Shown piece after piece: positions 37,183-44,208 of a DNA stretch of 64,000 nt; position 1 is the stretch's first letter, and each line of letters opens with the position of its first letter. The stretch is from Hydrogenophaga sp. (GTDB lineage Bacteria; Pseudomonadota; Gammaproteobacteria; Burkholderiales; Burkholderiaceae_C). The stretch is taken from contig NZ_CBFHOP010000007.1 of assembly GCF_965657535.1 (NCBI RefSeq), forward strand, positions 31,444 through 95,443, written 5' to 3'. The notes under the pieces were generated by a model. That model did no database searches, had not been told where the DNA came from, and worked only from the letters and a program-made list of their open reading frames with translations. A program made the translations under genes and the position numbers.

Positions 37183-37953
37183 TCAGATGGCCAGCAGCCG
37201 CCGGTCCGCGATCTCCAGCAAACCATCAAAAATAAGGCTGTCAACCAGCTCCACCTGGGTGGACATGCTGGGCGCCATCTTCCAGCCGGCGCCACCGGTC
37301 ATGTAAACCACCGGGTCGGCGCCGCAATGCTGGCGCAGGTTTTCCACCATGCGCTGCACCGCGCCGGCAATGGCAAAGGTCCCGCCGCTGGTGAGCGCGT
37401 CGCTGGTGTTGGTGGGGAAGTCGCGCACCTCGCCGGTGGGCACGTGCAGCCCGGCCGTGCCTGACTCCAGCGCCCGCAGCATGATGCCGTGGCCCGGCAA
37501 AATGATGCCACCCAGAAAGCAGCCTTCGGCGTCAATGGCCTCGACCGTGACCGCGGTGCCCACCATCACGACCACACAGGGCCGCGAAGGCCCTGCGGCC
37601 AGCACCCGCTGGCGCGCACCGATCATGGCCACCCAGCGGTCCGAACCCAGCCGCGCCGGGTGGTCGTAACCATTGACCAGCCCCGCTTCGGCACTGCTGG
37701 ACACCACCCACTGCGGCGCAACGTCCCACAGCTCCAGCTGCTCCTGCACACGCCGCTTGACGGCGTCGCCCGCCACCACGCAACCCACCACCCAGCGCGG
37801 TGCGGGCAGGTCGCACCAGTCGCCTTCGGCCAGCTTTTCAATATTTTCAAGGAACTGCGCCCCGTGTGCCAGCAGCCTTGCGCCAGCGCAGGGTGCGTCA
37901 TACAGAGCCCATTTCAAGCGGGTATTGCCAACGTCGAGGGCCAAAAAAGTCAT
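37183..37953 (-). CDS. coaX: Type III pantothenate kinase
   Basis: [19 protein letters not shown]...[14 protein letters not shown]...GGIILPG are CoaX ASKHA motifs. Start at ATG 37953. Confidence 0.85.
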   Translation of the reverse strand: MTFLALDVGNTRLKWALYDAPCAGARLLAHGAQFLENIEKLAEGDWCDLPAPRWVVGCVVAGDAVKRRVQEQLELWDVAPQWVVSSSAEAGLVNGYDHPARLGSDRWVAMIGARQRVLAAGPSRPCVVVMVGTAVTVEAIDAEGCFLGGIILPGHGIMLRALESGTAGLHVPTGEVRDFPTNTSDALTSGGTFAIAGAVQRMVENLRQHCGADPVVYMTGGAGWKMAPSMSTQVELVDSLIFDGLLEIADRRLLAI

Positions 37954-38032
37954 GCGCGCATTATCACCATGCGCGGCGGGCGGTCTTGCGGCGGTGCAGC
38001 ATGGACACCGCAAGCGCCCTCACCAGATCAGA

Positions 38033-38755
38033 TCAGATAAGCCCGATCCAGCAGGCCCGTTGCACGGCGGCTAGCTTGTTGTCGGTCTGGAGCTTGGCCA
38101 TCGCATTGGCCAGGTGGTAGTTCACGGTGCGCTCCGAGCAATCCATACGCAGCGCCGTTTCGCGGGCGGTGAGGCCTTCAAAAGCCAGGTTGAGGCTTTC
38201 CTGCTCGCGCGGGCTCAGGCTCACACGCTGCTCGGCAATGGCCCGGCGCAGCATGGGCCAAATATTGAATGCCGACCAGGCCAGCGTAGCCGCTTCGGCG
38301 CGCCCTGCAAACATGCGCGGGCTGAACAAAAAACACTCAAACGAGCGACCAGCCGGCAGGGTAAAAGCCACCCGAACCAGGGTTTGGTAACCGTGGGCCA
38401 GCCACAGCCGGCGCCAGCGACTGGTCGGGTCCAGGGCCGCCTTGGAAATGTCCTGCCAGGCCACCAACGGCGCATCGCTGTCACGCCAGCTGGCGCCAAA
38501 GTCGCGGCTCTCGGCCAGCGCCTGGGCGGGCCCCAGCAAACGCGGCGGATGCACAGCCAGCACCTCGCGGTCGTCTGCACCGCCCAGCGGGTTGGGCCCC
38601 AGCACCAGCACCGACTCCACCCCCTGGTCGCTCAGGGCGCTCACCCAGTCGGCCAAGACAGCGTCGACACCCACGCTGTCAAAGTTGACAGGCAAAGTCA
38701 TGGCGGCTGTGTGCGGTTGTATGGACAATGCCCAGTTGCTCGATGTGCACAGCAC
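38033..38755 (-). CDS. LuxR-family transcriptional regulator (C-terminal GerE/LuxR HTH; N-terminal ~170 aa of autoinducer-binding-like size)
   Basis: LSPREQESLNLAFEGLTARETALRMDCSERTVNYHLANAMAKLQTDNKLAAV is a LuxR-type HTH. The N-terminal region has scattered W/DP/G features but is not a clean AHL-binding signature. Alternative start at ATG 38701 (MTLPVNF). Confidence 0.8.
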   Translation of the reverse strand: MLCTSSNWALSIQPHTAAMTLPVNFDSVGVDAVLADWVSALSDQGVESVLVLGPNPLGGADDREVLAVHPPRLLGPAQALAESRDFGASWRDSDAPLVAWQDISKAALDPTSRWRRLWLAHGYQTLVRVAFTLPAGRSFECFLFSPRMFAGRAEAATLAWSAFNIWPMLRRAIAEQRVSLSPREQESLNLAFEGLTARETALRMDCSERTVNYHLANAMAKLQTDNKLAAVQRACWIGLI

Positions 38756-38790
38756 AAACGGGCGCCATTGAATGATGGAAGGAAAACATA

Positions 38791-40113
38791 GTGCCCCTGG
38801 ACCGGTTGAGGTTCCACAGCGCTAAAGCGCGCCTTTGGCGGTGGCTGCTGGACGAAGTCGTTCACGCACCGCTAGAGCCTATTTTGCATCCATCGCGGGA
38901 ACGCCTCCAGTGGCTGGGTACATTCACGCTTTTTGGGCACTTGGCTTTCGCATGGATTTGGGGTGTTGCCATGCCCCAACCCTATGAGAACGTTGCGTTG
39001 CGGTGCGGCATTGCCTGCTTAGGTATTCCTTTGCTACTCAACCCAATCAATCGCGACCTAACATCCCGGCTGACGACGGGTGTCTTCGTTGCCTCCAGCT
39101 GGCTTCAACTTCCACTGTTCTTTTCCTGGATGTACTGGATGAACAATGGGAACGCCGTGTGGTTCGCCAGCATGGCGAGCATGCTGGTCATTTATTACCA
39201 CCTGACCGACTGGCGACTGGCGACACTGGGTGCAGTTGTCGGTATCGTCCTAAGCTATTGGCTCGCCAACCCGGAAGTGGCAACGGCGCACAGCCCCGCG
39301 ACTGGATCGGACCAACTGGTTGTACTGGTATTTGCCTGGGTATCGGCGATATTGCTCGGGGCGTCCAGCGCCAACCTTCGAAGAACCCGCCTTCTGAACA
39401 CACTCAGCACCATGGGGGTCATGGCACACGAACTGCGCACGCCCCTGGCCACAGTGAACCTCATGGGCGATGTGCTCCGCACGCTGGCCAAGCACGACCT
39501 TCCTGAAACCAAACGCAAGAAAATTGACGAGCTGTCCACCCGTCTGCAAAGCCTGGTGCGCAGCATGAACCGCCAGATCGACACCCAGATTTCCAACGCA
39601 CAACTGATGCGCCTGCCCAGCGAACAGGACGCCATCATGGCGGCCGAATTGGTCCAGGAAGTGGTTAGTGGCTACCCCTACCGGTCTACCCGCGAGAGGG
39701 ACTGTGTTCGCATTCACATACAGCAAGACTTCTGTTTTGTAGGCTCGCGCCCGCTGTTTGCCCAGGTGCTGACAAACCTGCTGAAAAATGCCTTGCACTC
39801 GCTGGCCTCTACCAGCATCGCACCCAGCCCAGGCGACCTGCGGCTGGAAGTGGGTCTGCACCATGGTAGGGGCCGCATCGCCGTCTCTGACGACGGCGTG
39901 GGCATTGCCCATGCGGAACAACACCGGATCTTCGAACCCTTCTTTTCCACCCAACGCGGCGCAGGCAGCGGCCTTGGACTCACGTTCTGCAAAAACGCCG
40001 TCGAAGCGGCCCATGGCACGCTCAGCGTGCATTCCGAACCGGGTTTGGGCGCCGTGTTCATGATCGATCTGCCCCTGAATGCTGAGCGCATTTTGACCAC
40101 CACCCCGCTCTGA
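38791..40113 (+). CDS. CqsS/LqsS-like membrane sensor histidine kinase (six TM helices, HisKA + HATPase_c, no receiver domain)
   Basis: About six hydrophobic segments in the first ~200 aa. H-box MGVMAHELRTPLA; N-box LLKNALHS; G-boxes DDGVGI and GSGLGLTFC. The N-terminal block MPQPYENVALRCGIA resembles, from memory, the conserved Y-E-N-L-x-L-R block of CqsS-type receptors. GTG start. Lower GC than the flanks. Confidence 0.8.
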   Translation: MPLDRLRFHSAKARLWRWLLDEVVHAPLEPILHPSRERLQWLGTFTLFGHLAFAWIWGVAMPQPYENVALRCGIACLGIPLLLNPINRDLTSRLTTGVFVASSWLQLPLFFSWMYWMNNGNAVWFASMASMLVIYYHLTDWRLATLGAVVGIVLSYWLANPEVATAHSPATGSDQLVVLVFAWVSAILLGASSANLRRTRLLNTLSTMGVMAHELRTPLATVNLMGDVLRTLAKHDLPETKRKKIDELSTRLQSLVRSMNRQIDTQISNAQLMRLPSEQDAIMAAELVQEVVSGYPYRSTRERDCVRIHIQQDFCFVGSRPLFAQVLTNLLKNALHSLASTSIAPSPGDLRLEVGLHHGRGRIAVSDDGVGIAHAEQHRIFEPFFSTQRGAGSGLGLTFCKNAVEAAHGTLSVHSEPGLGAVFMIDLPLNAERILTTTPL

Positions 40114-40140
40114 AAACCCACGTACCCGGCTTATTTCCTG

Positions 40141-41127
40141 ATGGCACTGACGATTTCTCTTTTTCAACGTCCCGGCAGCATTTTGTTTCTGGACGACGAC
40201 CCGGACTACCTGGACATGCTCGGCATGGTGGTGCCAGAAACGTGGCGCGTTGAGCTGTTTTCACGCCCATCGGGGTTTGCCGAGCGCATGCGTGAAGAGC
40301 CCGCCCGCTGGGAAGCCGATGCCGCTGCCCAGCTGCACATGATCGATCGCTGGCGCCAGGGCCAGCCACTCATGCCGCAAATACTGCACTATTGGGCCAC
40401 CACGCCCTCGCGCTATGCGCTGGCCAAAACCTGCTTGATAGACTACGCCATGCCCGGCACCAATGGCTTGCATGTGCTGGACACCTTGCTCGACTGGCCG
40501 GGCTCAAGGGTCTTGCTCACGGGGCAAGCGGACGAACAAGTGGCGGTCAAGGCCTTCAACAGCGGTCTGATTGACCAGTTTGTTCCCAAGCAAGATCCCG
40601 ACATCACCCGCCACCTACTCAGCGTGTTGCGCAAGCTCTCAATAGCCGCACACCCGAGGCTCAACACGCTGTGGCGGGCGGCGCTGCGGCCCGCTCAGCA
40701 GTCCTTGCTGCAAGTGCCATCGGTGTCGCAGGCGCTGCAAGCCTACACAGAGCAACACTGGGTTGAATACGTGGTGCTCGGTGAGCCTTTTGGCCTGCTT
40801 GGGCTCACCGCCGCAGGCGAATGTCACTGGCTGCAATTAGAGCCTGCCAGCGGCCTGAGCGATCTCGCTGAGCTCGCCGGTTCGGCTGGGCTGGGTTTTG
40901 ACCTGGTGCGCTCGATCGAAAACGGCCAACAACTGGCCGCCATTGAACTGCACCAGCAATTGCACTTGGCAGGGCCGGTGCGCATCGCACCGACCCTACC
41001 CATGGGGAACGACGGCAGCTTGCACGCTGCCTGCTTCGTGCTCGATGCGGCAGATCTGCCGCAGCCCGTTTATGCCTACAGCCACTTCCTGACGGCGCAA
41101 GACGCCCGCATCATCCAGGACAGTTGA
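40141..41127 (+). CDS. LqsR-like receiver-domain protein (no recognisable DNA-binding domain)
   Basis: Receiver hallmarks: ILFLDDD (acidic pocket), LIDYAMPGTNGL (putative phospho-Asp D101), LLTGQAD and KAFNSGLIDQFVPK (conserved Lys). There is a ~50-aa insertion between beta1 and the phospho-Asp, plus a ~190-aa C-terminal domain of unknown function. Size and layout resemble Legionella LqsR. Confidence 0.65.
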   Translation: MALTISLFQRPGSILFLDDDPDYLDMLGMVVPETWRVELFSRPSGFAERMREEPARWEADAAAQLHMIDRWRQGQPLMPQILHYWATTPSRYALAKTCLIDYAMPGTNGLHVLDTLLDWPGSRVLLTGQADEQVAVKAFNSGLIDQFVPKQDPDITRHLLSVLRKLSIAAHPRLNTLWRAALRPAQQSLLQVPSVSQALQAYTEQHWVEYVVLGEPFGLLGLTAAGECHWLQLEPASGLSDLAELAGSAGLGFDLVRSIENGQQLAAIELHQQLHLAGPVRIAPTLPMGNDGSLHAACFVLDAADLPQPVYAYSHFLTAQDARIIQDS

Positions 41128-42361
41128 GCCCTGCGGCCCGGGCGCGCCGCGCAATGGGCCAGTCCCACGGTTTCACCAGTGGCGCAATTTCCCGCGCCAC
41201 AGCTGTGACGTGATCCAGCTCGGCATCTGTCAGTGCCGCGTGAAGGGTCAAGCGAACCATGGTGCGGTTGCGGCTGGTAGCTGGTGCACAAAACACTGCA
41301 CCAAAAACATTTCGCTCTTCCAACAAGTCGCGCAACACCATGGTGTCGGGCTCGGTCCCTGCCTCCAAGGCAATGATCTGTTCGGTACCCTGATGAATGG
41401 GATAGCCAAGATTGGTGAGGGACTCGCGCAACGCGCTGGTGTGTGCATGTAGGTGTTGTCGCTCGGCTTCACTTCTCCTGATGACATCCAGCGTAGCATC
41501 CAAAGCGGCGATCTCGTGGGGGAGCAGGCACGAGCTAAACATATTGGGATAGCTTGTGCTCAACACATAGTTGCGCATGGCCGCTGGCACCGTGAGGAAT
41601 CCAGCCCGCCCAGCGAAGGCTTTGGCCAGGCTGGCAGTGATGAAGTGAACTCGATCACTCAAACCCAATGCGGCACACAAGCCTGCACCCTCTGGGCCAT
41701 GGGTGCCCAAAGAATGGGACTCATCTACAAGAATCATGCAATTGCGATGCTCCGCCACCTCCACAACGGCTTCCAGTGGGCATACAGCGCCCGTGGTGCT
41801 GTAAACCGAATCGATCACCACCAGGCCTGGCCCGTGCCGCTTGATCAAACGATCCAGATGCTGAGAATCGTTGTGGCGGAAGGGATGTGCACAAGCCCCA
41901 GCGCGGCGCGCGCCCTCCCACAACGAAGTGTGAGCCAGACTGTCCATGTAGATGGTGGTCTTGTCGTCAGCAATAGACTGCAGCAGACCCAGGTTGGCTG
42001 CATACCCAGACTGACAGATAAGCCCATCCTCCTTACCGAGAAACCCCGCCAATCTGAGTTCAAGTCTCCTGGCTGGATGCGCATCAAGCAAAAACACGCC
42101 GGACTGGATCACAAACTCTGCATCCGTCTTGATGGCGTTGGTCTGCGCTTGAATAATCTGGGGATGCCCGGTCAGACTTAGATAGTCATTCCCGTTCAGG
42201 CGAACCGCATCACGCCCGGCTTCGCGGCCATGCAGAAGCGAACGGCCACTCCACAATGTGTCCCATCGGGTCGTGAATTCACGCTGAATACGCGCTTGCA
42301 AATGCGCCGACAGTGCAGGATTGATCGGTGTTTTTTCGCGGGTCAGTTCAAGCAGGTCCAT
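41111..42361 (-). CDS. Alpha-hydroxyketone-type autoinducer synthase (CqsA/LqsA family, PLP-dependent, BioF/Kbl superfamily)
   Basis: Collinear by eye with V. cholerae CqsA: NDYLSL, QSGYAANLGLLQSI, SLAHTSLWEGAR, HPFRHNDSQHLDRLIKRHGPGLVVIDSVYSTTGAVCPL, LVDESHSLGTHGPEGAGL, VHFITASLAKAFAGRAG (PLP lysine), FSSCLLP, VFGAVFCAPATSRNRTMVRLTLHA. AAGGAG RBS 7 nt upstream of ATG 42361. Confidence 0.85.
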   Translation of the reverse strand: MDLLELTREKTPINPALSAHLQARIQREFTTRWDTLWSGRSLLHGREAGRDAVRLNGNDYLSLTGHPQIIQAQTNAIKTDAEFVIQSGVFLLDAHPARRLELRLAGFLGKEDGLICQSGYAANLGLLQSIADDKTTIYMDSLAHTSLWEGARRAGACAHPFRHNDSQHLDRLIKRHGPGLVVIDSVYSTTGAVCPLEAVVEVAEHRNCMILVDESHSLGTHGPEGAGLCAALGLSDRVHFITASLAKAFAGRAGFLTVPAAMRNYVLSTSYPNMFSSCLLPHEIAALDATLDVIRRSEAERQHLHAHTSALRESLTNLGYPIHQGTEQIIALEAGTEPDTMVLRDLLEERNVFGAVFCAPATSRNRTMVRLTLHAALTDAELDHVTAVAREIAPLVKPWDWPIARRARAAGLNCPG

Positions 42362-42420
42362 GGAGTTCTCCTTAAGGAAAAGAAAACCCCATTGAAAAAA
42401 GAAATGCGTGAAAAAATGCA

Positions 42421-42448
42421 CGACCCCTGTCAACCTTGACAGGGGTCG
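42421..42448 (-). terminator. Perfect 13-bp-arm hairpin; likely intrinsic terminator of the csoR-pdo operon, lying 60 bp upstream of the synthase gene
   Basis: CGACCCCTGTCAA-CC-TTGACAGGGGTCG. On the minus strand it is followed by TGCATTTTTTCACGCATTTCTTTTTT. Confidence 0.55.
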
Positions 42449-42527
42449 CTACGCTTTTCTCTCAAGTTTGGTGCGGCCTTGCCGACGGGCTGCGCCAAAA
42501 AGCAACAGCGAACGGTTTCGGGGCGCC

Positions 42528-43667
42528 TCAGTTTTGGCGCCAGGGAAGCCCGTGGTGGCGCCAGCCACCCTTGTGCCCACGCTGGGCGCTGGCATCGGGG
42601 TCGCCCTCAAAGCCTTCCAGAATGTTGTAGGCTTCCAGCCCCAGCTCGGTTGCCCGCTTGGCGGCAGCGATAGACCGCACCCCACTGCGGCACAACAGCA
42701 CCAGCTTTTTCCCGCCGGCGGCGGCTTGGCGCGCCGCGTCGTCGAACTGCGGGTTCAGGGCCATGCCGGGCCACTGCTTCCAGGCCACCGGCACGGCGCC
42801 CGGCACAAAACCGACCCACTCGCGCTCGGCATCGGTTCGCACATCTACCAGCACCGCTTCGCCCGATTGCTTCCATTGCCAGGCCAGCTGGGGCGACACA
42901 TCGCCAGCATACGAACCCGCGTGGGCGCCAGACGCCGGGCGCGGCTGCATCAGCAAGGCGCCGTCGGCGTCGTGCCGGATGCCGGACGTGAGGTTGGCCG
43001 GCACCGCTTCGTCAATGCGGCGGGGCTTGGGCAGACCCAGCGCGTCCATGATGGCCACAAACTCGGCCTCGGTCTTGCCGGCCACGCGGGCGTTACTGGC
43101 CTTTTCCTGCCCAATGGTGGAGTGCGTGCGGCCCTGGTAGTCATGCCCTGGCCAGACCGTGGTGGCGTCCGGCAGCGCAAACAGCACCGCCGTAAGGCTT
43201 TGGTACAGGTCGTGGGCGCTGCCCGACTGGAAATCGGTGCGGCCGCAACCGTTGATGAGCAAGGTGTCGCCGGTGAACACATGGCCCCCTTCGGGGGTTT
43301 GCCAGACAAAGCTCATGCTGCCGGCGGTGTGGCCGGGCGTGTGCAGGGCGCTCAGCGTCTGGTCCCCAAAGCGCAAGGTGTCGCCGTGTTGCAGCTGCAC
43401 ACCCGCCGTGCCAATACCGCACCCCACAGGCGCCGCCGTTTTGGCACCCGCCAGCTCGGCCAGCTTGCCCGCGCTGGTGATGTGGTCGGCGTGGGCGTGC
43501 GTTTCCACCGCCCAGACCAGCTTGAGCCCATATTCGCGCAGCATGGCCAGGTCGCGCTCAAGCTGCTCGTCCACCGGGTCGATGATGATCGCGTCGCGAG
43601 TGGCCTGGTCAAACAGCACATAGGTGTAGGTGCTGGAGGCGGGGTCGAAAAGCTGGATGGGGTTCAT
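42528..43667 (-). CDS. Persulfide dioxygenase (ETHE1-like MBL fold) fused to a rhodanese domain
   Basis: MBL motif ETHAHADH, HTPGHTAGS, FTGDTLL, RTDF and WPGHDY form the ETHE1/PDO pattern. The C-terminal rhodanese has VLVDVRTDAEREW and the active-site loop LLCRSGVRS. GGAG RBS upstream of ATG 43667. Confidence 0.85.
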   Translation of the reverse strand: MNPIQLFDPASSTYTYVLFDQATRDAIIIDPVDEQLERDLAMLREYGLKLVWAVETHAHADHITSAGKLAELAGAKTAAPVGCGIGTAGVQLQHGDTLRFGDQTLSALHTPGHTAGSMSFVWQTPEGGHVFTGDTLLINGCGRTDFQSGSAHDLYQSLTAVLFALPDATTVWPGHDYQGRTHSTIGQEKASNARVAGKTEAEFVAIMDALGLPKPRRIDEAVPANLTSGIRHDADGALLMQPRPASGAHAGSYAGDVSPQLAWQWKQSGEAVLVDVRTDAEREWVGFVPGAVPVAWKQWPGMALNPQFDDAARQAAAGGKKLVLLCRSGVRSIAAAKRATELGLEAYNILEGFEGDPDASAQRGHKGGWRHHGLPWRQN

Positions 43668-43707
43668 GGCGGCTCCGTCAAAGTCTCGGTTAAAGCCCAG
43701 TGCAGGC

Positions 43708-43953
43708 TCAGGAAAAGCGGGCGAGCATATCGGCCACATCATCGGGCGGCACGTCGCCTTGCGCAATGACGCAGCCCACCATGGTGAAAAAGGTTTTGTC
43801 GAGTGCCTTGCGGGCTGCGGCCAGCTGCTGGGCCACTTTCTCGCAGTCGGCATCGGTCTCGATCAACTTCTGGATACCGCGCAACTGCCCCTCAACACGC
43901 TTAAGGCGCAGCACCAGGGCACGTTTGCGTTCGGGGTCGTGTACGGTGGTCAT
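43708..43953 (-). CDS. CsoR/RcnR-family (DUF156) transcriptional repressor, two-Cys/no-His variant (CstR-like candidate)
   Basis: LRLKRVEGQLRGIQKLIE...DC.KV.QQL.A...AL is the DUF156 signature. Cys37 and Cys61 are the only candidate ligand/sensor residues, and the only His is H5. Confidence 0.85.
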   Translation of the reverse strand: MTTVHDPERKRALVLRLKRVEGQLRGIQKLIETDADCEKVAQQLAAARKALDKTFFTMVGCVIAQGDVPPDDVADMLARFS

Positions 43954-44124
43954 GGTGGTTCCTGGTTGCGGGGTTTTGCACGCTCTGACGGGCTTTTGCT
44001 GGACTCAAACATACCCCATCAAATATTTTAATGCGGTGGTTTTTCCGAGCGGGATGGTGCACAGTGGGTGCCTTGCGCCGCGCGTGCGCTGGGTCCCCTT
44101 TTTCGCCAAACCGGGTTACCATTA

Positions 44125-44140
44125 ACGTTTACGTAAACGT
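44125..44140. promoter_or_regulatory. Perfect 16-bp palindrome ACGTTTACGTAAACGT (candidate operator)
   Basis: Self-complementary over all 16 nt. It sits in the csoR/ppk2 divergent intergenic region, 69 nt upstream of the PPK2 ATG. Confidence 0.3.
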
Positions 44141-44150
44141 CAACGAAAAA

Positions 44151-44164
44151 CCCCCTATTGGGGG
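44151..44164. promoter_or_regulatory. CCCCC-TATT-GGGGG inverted repeat (candidate CsoR-family operator)
   Basis: A G/C tract interrupted by an AT-rich spacer and flanked by A/T, which is the general form of CsoR/RcnR/CstR operators. Located 45 nt upstream of the PPK2 ATG and ~200 nt from the csoR ATG. Confidence 0.3.
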
Positions 44165-44208
44165 CATGTGCCCTCGGGCCACGACGCCACACACCCGCAA
44201 CGAAACGC

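Noticed and set aside
44151-44164. C5-TATT-G5 hairpin read as a minus-strand intrinsic terminator (it is followed by T5 on the minus strand)
   Set aside because: No minus-strand gene lies upstream of it, since ppk2 to its right is on the + strand. I kept it only as a candidate operator.
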